Positions 53,600-64,000 of a DNA stretch of 64,000 nucleotides are shown piece by piece (the stretch's first letter is position 1; each line of letters begins with the position of its first letter). Both the position numbers and the translations under genes were made by a program. Source of the stretch: an uncultured Nitrososphaeraceae archaeon. GTDB lineage: Archaea > Thermoproteota > Nitrososphaeria > Nitrososphaerales > Nitrososphaeraceae. Below the pieces are notes generated by a model. It did no database searches. It had not been told where the DNA came from and was given only the letters and a program-made list of their open reading frames with translations. The stretch is from the NCBI GenBank assembly GCA_963779615.1, contig CAVZZA010000003.1, positions 736,001 to 800,000 on the forward strand, written 5' to 3'.

Positions 53600-54238
53600 T
53601 CAGGGGCCAGTCCAGTCAAATGGGATATATTTGCTAGACTTGCCATTTCGACTCCATTTATACCCCATTGCATTCGCTTCATCTTTTACGGCAGTTCCCC
53701 ATGTTGCAACTGTTCCCGGTCCTACCTCACTTCCAGGAGGATTAAGCGTTTGAACCCGCTTCCCAGGAGGGGTCATAGGCCCAGTCAAAGCTTCGCCTCT
53801 TGCAACTACTTTTCCGGGTATTTCGGCACTCCAAAAAGACAAGTCATCTGATACTTCAAATTTTATAGGTGTAAAATCGATACCACGAATCTCCCCTATT
53901 AGTTTGGCCAGTTCAGCCATAAAACCTCCAGCTTTCCCACTAAAAATCATTTGAAGAGCTTCTCTCTGTTTTCCATCAGCCCGTTCATCAAAAAAGAACC
54001 CAAGATTTATCTTTGTTGCGCCTGCCCATATATTACCCTCAAAACTTCCAAGGGCTAATGCATTCAGGCCATCAAGTGATGTTCCGCCATAATTCCCCTT
54101 TCGTATATGATATGCGAGCACACCTTCACAATCCCCAAATGTTGGCGGTTGAGCAAATTCACATGGACATGGTATGTTGCATTTACAAACGTCAAACCAA
54201 TCTCCTGATGCCTTCCAGCCCGGGACATCGATTGTCAT
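53600..54238 (-). CDS. DUF1326 domain protein
   Basis: W...G..F..C.C...CPC, C.G, DERA...QR.AL..IF.G; ATG at 54238; usual partner of DUF2182. Confidence 0.9.
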   Translation of the reverse strand: MTIDVPGWKASGDWFDVCKCNIPCPCEFAQPPTFGDCEGVLAYHIRKGNYGGTSLDGLNALALGSFEGNIWAGATKINLGFFFDERADGKQREALQMIFSGKAGGFMAELAKLIGEIRGIDFTPIKFEVSDDLSFWSAEIPGKVVARGEALTGPMTPPGKRVQTLNPPGSEVGPGTVATWGTAVKDEANAMGYKWSRNGKSSKYIPFDWTGP

Positions 54239-55739
54239 AATATAGTATTTCATAACCAATATTTTAACATGATGTGCTTTTTCATTCAAAAATGAAATAA
54301 AATAATCATCGGCGGATTCTTTAATTATAATAAATCCTTTTAATGAATCATTTTTCAACTATAGCGTTATATCATCTTTTAGTTTGCTGAACCGTTTACC
54401 ATAAACACCATTTTTTTAAAATGTTATATGTTCATTAATTCAAGGCTGTAGAGTAACTGTACTGATATTATTCTTTATATATTTTCGTCAAGCACCCTAG
54501 TGTCAGAATTTAAATAGAAAAATCAATCACACAAGGATTTTGCATACATCGAGACTACAGGTCTAATACTTGTTAGTGAAGTTATTTTTACTGTTGAGTT
54601 CATTCAATCTGCAATTGGGTTCTTAGATGGAGTAAAAGAATCGAAGGAATATTTATTGATGAAGATGAAATACAATCAGGATTAAATAGACAAACCCACT
54701 GAACAAATGGTTAAAATGGAAAAAGAAAATGACTGCAAAACAGGGGAAAAAAATAATCATCCAATCAACCAGAGAGAACTTGAATCACAAAATGCAACAG
54801 TATTAAAATTCTTAAATATCCTGGGGGGATTTTCCTGCATTTTCGCTTATGTATAATATAACATCACCAAGCCCAATGTCTACACACTGCAACAAATACG
54901 AATTCTTTTGCAAATGCAAACAGTTAACACAATGTCTCGCAACCAAAGGAAGAGGTTTTGTGCCATTTTGTTACTTGCTATTGAGACTGACACTTTAGAA
55001 CCATGATGATACGATCCGATATCCATAGCTATTCCTGTGGTTTGTTGGTCAAATGCAGGTAGGTGTTTTAGAGATTTGTTTCTGATCCAATCCTTATGGC
55101 CTACCAATGCTTTTTCTTTTAAGTAACGCTAGAAATATTTAGGTGCATTTTCTTTAACCCCCCAAAAATATTTTCGTTCCGGCTTATTCAATCCCCACTA
55201 ATGCATTTTGACATAGGGGATTAGAGATTAATTTAACATACCTGAGTGATCTCCAAAAAGAACTCTTGTAGGTCATCTACTGGAGACGGTAAAATAAAGG
55301 ATCGATGGCACTGCAGGTAAATAATATTTGTGATTAGTGGCGTTCGGATTAAAAAATGACGTTGCTCCACGGGTTCAATAGAAACTGGTGATTCTTATTA
55401 TTAGATTGGTTATTCTGTGCATGCCATATGTGTCACATATCTAAACTATAAATCACTATCCTGCGATATTGTTAATTGAGAATAATCAAAACAGTCGTTT
55501 TATCACTGAAGGCATAGTTTCATTCCGGTTTCGCTGACTGTAGAACAATTTGCAACTTCCACACGCTTCAACTGCTTTCTGTATCCCTATATGCTTTCCT
55601 TATTTATACAGTCTAATACCTTACAGAATCACCACACTAATGCTGGGAGTCCGTGTAAGACTAAAACATGATTTTCCTCACTATCGAATTTTTATCAGAC
55701 GGGCCTCATTGCTAAAGCAAGAGTGGGTCAGCAACTTGT

Positions 55740-56220
55740 TTATGAGTGTGATGGTTGCATTTTACCATAATCCCATGTAGAAAAAAACTTTGGACTAATT
55801 TCAATGACTACAACCTCCCCCTTCTTTGAGCGATCTGATATCATTTTTGCTATCGGGTGATCGAGCGTACCAAGGGTACTTCATGCTAATTACATCTCCT
55901 TGTGGAATGGTCCTGTAGGGATCTTCTACAATAGTCGCAACACCCTTACCTTTGACTCCCTTATAGGGAAGACTCTCGTCATCTATTGAAAAATAAATGG
56001 TGGGCTTATTCCGGAGGTTTTGAGTTTTCTTGGCTGATTTAGATGTGGTTAGCATGAGTTTTTCTCCATTTTTATCATAGTAAAACCAGACGGGTTGTAT
56101 ATTGGGTTCACCTTGTTCATCGATAGTGGCCAGCTGCAAATTCAATTTACTTTCAAGAAATCCCTCGACCTCTTCCCTAGTCATTCCTGAAACCTCTGGA
56201 GTGGCATTAACGATTTTCAT
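55740..56220 (-). pseudogene. Pyridoxamine 5'-phosphate oxidase-like (split-barrel) protein with C-terminal frameshift
   Basis: LATI...G.P...PVW, K..NL..P, YKGV..G; continues in another frame as LGTLDHP..EISPK..STWDYGK to stop at 55740. Confidence 0.8.
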
Positions 56221-56543
56221 ACTACCTCAACAGCATGCAAACAGAAAAGAGTTTCTTGATGCCCCAGCATATGCTTAGTCAGTCACATAGATTTGGAAAT
56301 GTATATTTATCGGTTGATAGACGAGTAAAATTATCACACCTATTTTTCAGATTTAAGTTAATTTTCAAATCATCAATTACGAACGAGACGGTTCTTTCTT
56401 CAGTTAACAATCCAATTCTCCAATTTTACCCTTTTATTTAGGCACATAAAATGAAATATTATTTTAATACACTAAGGATTGGATTAATACATTCAGTCAA
56501 ATAAAAATTAAAGAGAGTTAATGATAAAATTCGTTAACAGCAT

Positions 56544-57314
56544 ATGGCCAAGGATTTCATTGACAACTTCTCATTTAAATCCAAAGAATACTCGTTTTCA
56601 AGGCCTGTTTATCCTAATGACTTGTTTGAATTTCTAGGTGAAATAACACCCAACAAGGACCTGGCTTGGGATTGCGCAACAGGAAACGGACAAGCAGCAA
56701 TAGGATTATGCAAATACTTCAAAAAGGTAATAGCAAGTGATGCGAGTAAGGAACAAATCGACAACAAATTTGAAAGGGAAAATATTCTGTATAAAGTATT
56801 TCCAGCTGAGGCATCAAACCTTCCAGATAAATCTATTGATCTAGTAACCGTAGCTACTGCGGTCCATTGGTTTGATTTTAACAGATTTTATCACGAGGTC
56901 AATCGAGTTTCCAAAAATGAAGAAGGAGAGGGAAGAATTGCAGTGTGGTGCTATGGAATGCACAAAATTAGTCCCAAAATTGATAAAATCATGGAGAGGC
57001 TCGATGTGGATGGTGACATTTTGGGAGAATTTTGGGCAAATGAAATTAAATTTATCAAAGAAGAATATAGAACAATACCATTTCCGTTTAAGGAGATTGA
57101 TACACCAAAGTTTAAGATGAACACGTATTGGAACATGTACCAACTGTTTAATTATATGCAAACATGGTCAGCAGTAAAAAAATGCGGTATAGGAAAAAAT
57201 TTTGATCCATTGGATTTAGTTCGAGAAGACATTAAGAATCTCTGGGGGACAGAAGAATCAGAACAAAAGTTAGTGACATGGGAAATAAATCTTCGAGTTG
57301 GAGTAATACAATAA
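56544..57314 (+). CDS. Class I SAM-dependent methyltransferase
   Basis: RP.YP, AWDCATGNGQAA, DLVTVA.A.HWFD, TWSA. Confidence 0.93.
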   Translation: MAKDFIDNFSFKSKEYSFSRPVYPNDLFEFLGEITPNKDLAWDCATGNGQAAIGLCKYFKKVIASDASKEQIDNKFERENILYKVFPAEASNLPDKSIDLVTVATAVHWFDFNRFYHEVNRVSKNEEGEGRIAVWCYGMHKISPKIDKIMERLDVDGDILGEFWANEIKFIKEEYRTIPFPFKEIDTPKFKMNTYWNMYQLFNYMQTWSAVKKCGIGKNFDPLDLVREDIKNLWGTEESEQKLVTWEINLRVGVIQ

Positions 57315-57530
57315 TAATGAAACAGTTCAATTGAATAAGAATATCTTATATCGATTGATCCTATTGTTACTATTTTACGTTAGTATTAGTATTGATAACC
57401 TCATTGCCATCAATATTTTGTATTTGTTACTTCGCACATGTTATTTTGTAACCAACTGGCCAATCAACTAGGGTGTCATCCTCAAGTCCTTGCCAATTTA
57501 TATAATTACACTTTTATGGTTGGTATGAAT

Positions 57531-57745
57531 ATGCAAGAACCAAAAGTTACACTTGTGACCGGTATCCCGGGCCGCACAGCCTTTGAAGCGGCCATCATCT
57601 TGGCCAGATGCTGATATGATATACATGATTCTAAGCGCAACCTGGAGAAATCAAAAAGTATAACAAAACGGCCAATAAGGAAAAATTGCCGTTGCAAATT
57701 GTACATCTAGATGTTAACGATAATGGATCTGTCAGAGACAACATT
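57531..57745 (+). pseudogene. SDR N-terminal remnant (paralog of 48246..49103)
   Basis: DNA similarity to the intact SDR (cgcaacct.ga.aa.tc.aa, aggaaaaattgcc.ttgca, gatgt.aacgat); frameshifts and stops. Confidence 0.7.
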
Positions 57746-58127
57746 CAAATGAAGAATCTCTGAACAACAAGGATAAAGAAATACCAATGGGCGGATTATT
57801 GCGAAACAACGATAATGATCCCACATAGAATAATATCTCCAAGATGACAAATGTGAATACTTGGAGATTCCAATAGTGAAGATTGATTCTCAGATGCTGC
57901 TAGGAAAACTGTTAGGATCTGTCCATTTTTTGCCCTATATCAAACAACTTCACATTGCAGTGGAAAAAGATGACAAAGAAAATTCTACATGACGATTGTG
58001 TGATATCAAATGGCTCCACAAAATTAGCAATCTAGGATTGTGCATTGAGAGAAAGGATCTTGCGAAATAAGTGAAGGCACAAATGTCAGATGTGTTAAAA
58101 ACTGATAAAGGTTTTGTCACATGCATA

Positions 58128-58794
58128 GGCTCTGTTCACTTAACGATAAGGCTATAGCTTAAAGCCGCCCCATCTCTTATATGGGTTGCAGAAACAGAAC
58201 ACATTCAGAGTACATTAGCTATGGCTTGTATCTATATTTTTCAGGGTTATCATAGAGAAGGGCATCAGAAAGACTGTCTTGTTTTGTCAAGCGAAACCAT
58301 GTCTCAATATGGAACTGGATTCAGAAATACCATCCCCAAAGGATATCAACAAAAAGAAAAAAGATTTTTGGGTACGTTGTGGATGAGACACTAATCAAGG
58401 TTGGTTCAGAATACATTTGGCTCTGGGCTGCCATTGAGCCAAAAAACAGGCAAATTCTAGCACTAAACATATCCAGGGAGAGAAACATGCTTGTTGCTGA
58501 AAGGTTTATTGAGGGTTTGGTCAAGATTCATGAAAAGTGTCCGGTATCAACTGATAGTGGAACGTGGTATCTCCAAGCCTGCAAGTTCCTGAATCTAGAT
58601 CATCACATCCATTCCCCTCTGGAGAAAAGCCTGATTGAACGAACAATGCAATACATCAAGTACAGAACAGAAAGTTTTGATGACTACTTTCCATGCAGGA
58701 GAAAGAATTGCAAGCTAAAGCACGTAAAGAATTGGTTGCGGTTTTTTGTAGATTACCATAACAATGAGTTAAAAACGCCTAAGTGAACAGAGAT
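58128..58794 (+). mobile_element. IS6 family insertion sequence, decayed (667 bp)
   Basis: Left TIR ggctctgttcacttaac; right end aagtgaacagagat (last 2 nt mutated); 7/8 TSD CATGCATA/CATGCATC; transposase from ATG 58181 has an early in-frame TAG. Confidence 0.9.
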
Positions 58795-58931
58795 CATGCA
58801 TCACAATGAACACATAAAGAATAGCATCACATCCGACTAATAGAGGATAAATAATAGAAGACCATTATAACAGGAGGATTGAAAGGAAAAGAAGGTCTTC
58901 GGATTATTCTTTCAGACAGGAGTTTGTCTTT

Positions 58932-59453
58932 ATGCTAGACTATTTTGAAATGGAACGTGTAATTGAAGAACTTGCCAAAGCTTATCCTGCTCAATGTGCA
59001 ACTACCTGGTTTAAGATAACAAAAAATCACAAACCTTCCGAGGAGGAATATCGAAACAAAGTAGTCGAGTACATGAGTCAATTTGAATATTTGTTAGCCA
59101 CTTATCCGCAAGGCCCTGAAACAGATAAGCTCAAAGACATCGTCAAAAAATCACTAGCAAGAGAAATAGAAAAGGTGCTTAAAGGAGACAATAAAGACGT
59201 AGAAAGGCGATATAAACACTATGTGGCTAATTCCCCATCAGATGTTTCAAAGGATACTTTCAAGGAAGTTTATGAACAACAATATTTGCAGAGATCCTTT
59301 GCTGCTGTTTTAACAAAAGAAAAAAAGAGTAAAAAAAATAAAGACAATACGGCGGTGGAAAAAGAAGAAGAACGTTTGGAAATTCGATATGAAGACAACA
59401 GCGCTGCAGGCAAGCTTCGACGTAAAAAAAAGTTAATGAGGATATTAGATTAA
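58932..59453 (+). CDS. Hypothetical helical protein
   Basis: 173-aa ORF, ATG, charged C-terminus. Confidence 0.7.
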   Translation: MLDYFEMERVIEELAKAYPAQCATTWFKITKNHKPSEEEYRNKVVEYMSQFEYLLATYPQGPETDKLKDIVKKSLAREIEKVLKGDNKDVERRYKHYVANSPSDVSKDTFKEVYEQQYLQRSFAAVLTKEKKSKKNKDNTAVEKEEERLEIRYEDNSAAGKLRRKKKLMRILD

Positions 59454-59480
59454 CATCGAAACACAGTCATGATATTTCAG

Positions 59481-59794
59481 AGCTCTGTATAATTCAGGCA
59501 ATGAATGTCATTATTTCTCAATGCCATAATATTGAAGATTTTGATTTAATACCGAGCTTGAAGGATATCTATGAACAAAAATCATTAAAAGAAAAATGCA
59601 CATTGTTAAGATATACCCGATTGTCAATAACCATGGCATAATTCTTAGTAAAGTTGGAAACAAGAGAGGACAGACATGCATGACCATTTTCCATGGAAAA
59701 AAAGAAAAACTGTAAACTCAAGCCTGTAAATAAGTGGTTAAACCTATTTGCGAATGTGCATAACAAGGAATTCATGCATTAAATGAACAGGGCC
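59481..59794 (+). mobile_element. IS6 internal-deletion remnant
   Basis: Right TIR taaatgaacagggcc; transposase C-terminal fragment HFP..KKKNCKLK.V.KWLNLF..HN.E; degenerate left TIR agctctgtataattcag. Confidence 0.75.
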
Positions 59795-60304
59795 ATAGTA
59801 CTGCATCATTAAGGCTCTTTATCAAGGCCTTTTCTCCTTATTAAAATTTTTATAAATATGTTCATCGAACCCACACAAGATTTAATTTAAGTTTCGTTTT
59901 TTTGAATGAAAATAACCATCGAATTTACAATATTGTCATTTACGTTGTAAAGATATTTCAATAAGAATTTCCCACAAAATGTAATAATTGATGAGTTATA
60001 TCAAAATACATCCAACAGACAATGGTCAACATCAGCTCATCACCTTCTGCTGTGTTTGAATGTTCATCTTATCTTTTAATGGCTTTTTTATACAGATACC
60101 ATTGAGTTCAATGACGGAAGCCATAAAGGATTTGAAAAAAATTTTTAATACAGATAACATACAAAAATAAAAGCAAGGATGAATTGGCAGGCTAGTGGAA
60201 AAGTTAGCGTCCTCACCTTAACTAGAGGCAAATAGATGGTATCAATAACATTCTAACAGTTATATGAAAGAAAAACAGCATACAAAATAAACAATTACAA
60301 AAAA

Positions 60305-61645
60305 ATGTATAAAGATAAAATTGAAAGGGATATTAATGATGCATGGTATTTCTTTATAGATATTGTAGGAGCATCCAATCCAAATCTATCCATATTTTAT
60401 CAACTAGAAAAAATTAAAAAATTAAAAGACATAATTGGAAGTTTTCTAAATGCTATCAACAACCCAGAAATTTATAAATCATTTACTGGAGACGGAATGT
60501 TAATTGTATTTTTAGACTATAGACCCTCAATAGAGCTATCCATTGAGATTCACAACAAACTAAATGACCATAACAGCCACATTAAAAACGGAGAAAAAAT
60601 TTTTGTTCGGATAGGAATAGGTTTTGGATCATTTTTATCTTTTCAGGATGGGGTTCACAAGGAACTTGCGCCTTGGGGACATGAATTAGTTTTAGCAAAA
60701 AGGATAATGGATTTGGCCAGACCAAATCAAATACTATTGACTGATTTTGCATTTCAAAAGATTAAAAATGATTTCTTATTTGACAAAAATGACTATTGCT
60801 GTCATTTATTTGACAAAGGAAAAATAGCCTTAAAAAACCACAAAGAATTGGAAAATGTATACTCACTTTATAAGGAAAATGAGTATGGAAATAATTTAGA
60901 CATAGAAATTAATTTTGATCTAAAGCCCCTCATCCAATCTCACAAAATAGACAAAAACTTTATTGGTCCACTCCAAAACTTTTGCGAGGAAAGATTTGAA
61001 TATATACTAATAAAATTCAGAGAGCTTGCAAATCCATCAAAAGGTTTAGAGATGAGCTTCATTTCAACAGGTTTACTTTACAAGGTTTTATTTGAAAATG
61101 GATCAGACTACATATCAGTCACATATTTGTCACCAAGTGAATACTGGGAAATCCAAAATAGCGAACCAGTGAACATACTGCGCTATCATGAGAAATCACT
61201 AAAACTAAAAAACCCTTCATATCAAACTAAAAAAAACTACAGATTCATCATAATAGAGAGAGAAAAACTGGACAGGGACATACAAATCAATCAAGACAGT
61301 TCCCTTCTTTTTATAAAATGGCATTCTGAAAATAATGTAAATCTATTCCATATCGAGCCAAATTACATTAATGACATTTTAAGCAAATATCCAAAAATAG
61401 TTCACAATGTGGGTATAGGGCTATGGTACAACAAATACGTATTGCAGTTCGGGCCCATAATGGAGTACACAAATAATAAGGATAGATATCATCCGTTGAA
61501 AAGAAGAAGATTTTGGTTGCACTCTGTTGAGAGCGACACATATTCACAAAGCACACATTTCTTTGATGAGTTGATTAAATCTGCGGTCAATGGCAACATT
61601 CTAAAAATCGATCATAATTTCTATAATAAAATTATAAACCGATAA
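60305..61645 (+). CDS. Class III nucleotidyl cyclase domain protein with unknown C-terminal domain
   Basis: FFIDIVGAS, TGDG, VRIGI..G, WG....A.RI..LA...QILL. Confidence 0.82.
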   Translation: MYKDKIERDINDAWYFFIDIVGASNPNLSIFYQLEKIKKLKDIIGSFLNAINNPEIYKSFTGDGMLIVFLDYRPSIELSIEIHNKLNDHNSHIKNGEKIFVRIGIGFGSFLSFQDGVHKELAPWGHELVLAKRIMDLARPNQILLTDFAFQKIKNDFLFDKNDYCCHLFDKGKIALKNHKELENVYSLYKENEYGNNLDIEINFDLKPLIQSHKIDKNFIGPLQNFCEERFEYILIKFRELANPSKGLEMSFISTGLLYKVLFENGSDYISVTYLSPSEYWEIQNSEPVNILRYHEKSLKLKNPSYQTKKNYRFIIIEREKLDRDIQINQDSSLLFIKWHSENNVNLFHIEPNYINDILSKYPKIVHNVGIGLWYNKYVLQFGPIMEYTNNKDRYHPLKRRRFWLHSVESDTYSQSTHFFDELIKSAVNGNILKIDHNFYNKIINR

Positions 61646-62459
61646 AATATTCTATCGAATAAGTTGTTGGAAACCTTTTTGATTGATTCAAATTTATTAG
61701 CAAGAATGATTTTAATCTTTTTCAAACTCATGTGATAACTCTTCTGTGCCGTGCATATTAGGCGGATGTCATTGAAAGGTGAATTGATCGATTTATTATC
61801 GAATTTTAATGTTTGTTATATGTCACTTTATATGGTTTTTTGTGTTCAACGGGAAGAAAATAGATGAAAATTTAATATTATGTTCTATGTGATTCAGATC
61901 CAAATAAATTGCAAAATAATGATGAAGATTCTAGACAAGTTAAAAAAGATCGATATAGTGATCTACTAGAACGAGTTGGAAAATATAAGCAATATAGGGA
62001 CAAAGATGGAGTTATTCAGTTCAAGAGGGATATACAACGATTCTTCAAAGAAATGTTACGCAAGTTGAATTTTTTATAGCATTTGAAGACCTGACTGAAG
62101 AAGAGCATAGATTGATGGCTATTGACGAAGGCAAAGAATCTTCATTTGCCAATAGTTGTGTCAATTCATTTTATTGTTTTCAAAAAATAAACTAAACTGT
62201 TATGCTTTGTCGCATAACTATGAAATTCGTCAATCTATACTAGAGCACATATCAGGATAATACGAATATCGATTATTCCTCTTACAAAAATGAAATCAGA
62301 CGTGTAAAAAATACGAAAATTTGAGTTATGCAGCAAAGCAAACTGGTATATCGCACTTGGAAAAGACTCGCACAGTTAACATCTGCAAAAGATGAACTGT
62401 ACAGAAAAGGCCTGTTATTGTATCACGCTAACACTCTGTCTTTAGAGTATTATTTATCA

Positions 62460-64000
62460 ATGTTGAAGATCAAGCATGCTTTGCAGATGATTCCTAAACG
62501 GGCCAGCATTTTAGCAATTCTATTAGGGTTCAGCGCCATTGCATTTTCTATTTACTTTGTTAGGTATTACGACTCAATTACTGACAATATCATGCAAATT
62601 GAAACAGAAGACATTAGCTCAAATACTGAAATTGAATCTAACATGATTTCGAAAATATTGGTAAAAAGCGTCGAATCTGTTGTAGATAACCTTAGGCTAA
62701 TCTCCAACGCGCCATCAGTCCAAAACGGAGATAGTAGTGGTACTGATTTGCTTGCCTTGGCTGAAAACAATACAAATAATTTAGCTGACTTTTATATTTG
62801 GCTTGACAGCGAAGGTCATATAATAGGTACAAGTAGTGGTACTGGCGGAACAAAGGAACATTTAGTAGAAGATCTGTCAAACGCCACATTCTTCTCTATC
62901 CCTGAAAAAACATTTGATGGCTATGTTAGCAATATCTCCTTCCTTGATAATATTCCACGGATGTTTATCTCTTTTCCCATAATGGGTAAAAATATAGGAG
63001 GAGGTGAAATCAATTTCAGTTTGGCAACTGCTGATAGTCCCGATGGAGCATCCAATACGCACATCCCTGAATCAGGCGCATTTAAGGGCATTATTGCTGC
63101 AGCAATAAGGGTGGATACATTAGGAGAATATTTGCAGGATCAAATTCCTCCAGAATACAAAGGCTTTGTGGGTGTAGTCAACGGCAGGGGAATCATATTG
63201 TCTTCTACAAATCTTAGCCATATTGGAAAAAGCATATTTGATACAGATTTAAATCCAATCATACCTTCACAAGCAAAAGATCAATTTAACATTTACTTAA
63301 ACAATGCCCTGTTTGAAAAAAAACCAAGTGTGCAGAATATAACTTATGACAGTAGGCACATATCAATAGGCTATCAGCCCATGTTTTTTGATCGCCCTGT
63401 TGGAGACCAATTTGCAACACTATTTGTTGTTTCTTCTCAACAAGCAACTGATGAAATAAGTTCTTTAATGCAGCAGCACGCATCTTTTGGCATCTCGGTA
63501 TATGGGATTATAATCGTTTTGTCAACAGGATTAGCATTCATTGTCTTGCTTTGGAATAAAAAGCTAAAGGATATGGTGAATAAAAACACAAAAGAACTTC
63601 AAAAAGCAAATCAAAATTTGCACTTGGCAAATGAACAGCTTAAGGTTCACGACAAAATGCAGAAAGACTTTATCAATATTGCAGCGCATGAATTGAGGAC
63701 GCCTATTCAGGTTATCATGGGCAATGCTGAGTTGGCCACATCTGATCCATCATATAAGGAGTTTGACGATAAGAATGGGCAATTCATTAATGCAATAAGT
63801 AGAAACGCATCAAGGCTTCACAGGCTGACTGAATATATCCTAGACGTAGCAAAGATAGAGAGTAACCTATTAAAGATAAAGAAAGAGGAGATCAACATAA
63901 ATGAAAAGGTAAAGGATGTTGTAGACTATTTTAAAAACAAACAAGAAGCACATTGCAATGACGGCAACACACATAAAAAGAGAAAAAATGTCGAATTTGT
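62460..64000 (+). CDS. Membrane sensor histidine kinase (Cache-like sensor, HisKA), truncated by window end
   Basis: Manual translation: N-terminal TM, extracytoplasmic domain, second TM near 63490-63555, MQKDFINIAAHELRTPIQ, ILDVAKIE; missing from ORF track because it has no stop in the window. Confidence 0.9.
   Translation, partial: MLKIKHALQMIPKRASILAILLGFSAIAFSIYFVRYYDSITDNIMQIETEDISSNTEIESNMISKILVKSVESVVDNLRLISNAPSVQNGDSSGTDLLALAENNTNNLADFYIWLDSEGHIIGTSSGTGGTKEHLVEDLSNATFFSIPEKTFDGYVSNISFLDNIPRMFISFPIMGKNIGGGEINFSLATADSPDGASNTHIPESGAFKGIIAAAIRVDTLGEYLQDQIPPEYKGFVGVVNGRGIILSSTNLSHIGKSIFDTDLNPIIPSQAKDQFNIYLNNALFEKKPSVQNITYDSRHISIGYQPMFFDRPVGDQFATLFVVSSQQATDEISSLMQQHASFGISVYGIIIVLSTGLAFIVLLWNKKLKDMVNKNTKELQKANQNLHLANEQLKVHDKMQKDFINIAAHELRTPIQVIMGNAELATSDPSYKEFDDKNGQFINAISRNASRLHRLTEYILDVAKIESNLLKIKKEEININEKVKDVVDYFKNKQEAHCNDGNTHKKRKNVEF

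Noticed and set aside
54480-55780. Short ORFs (54880..55107, 55550..55780) and coding-like fragments
   Set aside because: Fragmentary with no identifiable family
60305-61645. Complete Pycsar or CBASS defence operon
   Set aside because: No adjacent TM, TIR or other recognisable effector gene; only the cyclase is present
1-64000. tRNA, rRNA, riboswitch or provirus
   Set aside because: No cloverleaf or rRNA-like GC-rich segment, and no integrase, capsid or terminase gene recognised by eye; a covariance-model search was not possible

Overview
AT-rich archaeal chromosomal segment, most consistent with a soil ammonia-oxidising archaeon (Nitrososphaeraceae, Nitrosocosmicus-like). This is inferred from archaeal rps13/rps4, a PAC2 proteasome chaperone, a pyruvoyl arginine decarboxylase, PspA-PspAA, IS6/IS5 elements and long AT-rich spacers. 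A core-like block at about 16.7-27 kb (radical SAM, rhodanese, GcvH-TusA fusion, glmS, HTH regulator, rps4, rps13, PadR, PAC2) is flanked by accessory regions full of stress/redox genes, pseudogenes and IS elements. Main points: (1) an expanded PRC-barrel/YsnF-AvaK (DUF2382) family forming two inverted two-gene units with short identical patches, plus a PRC-fused 19-aa helical repeat protein, a candidate desiccation/dormancy system; (2) a GcvH-like domain lacking the lipoyl lysine, fused to a TusA-like domain next to a rhodanese; (3) a TPR gene built from shuffled near-identical 102-bp modules; (4) one IS6 lineage seen as an intact copy, a decayed copy, a deletion derivative and a 179-bp MITE; (5) an atypical class III nucleotide cyclase; (6) unannotated small Zn-binding ORFs. 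No rRNA, tRNA or CRISPR array was recognised. All family assignments are by eye; no database search was run.
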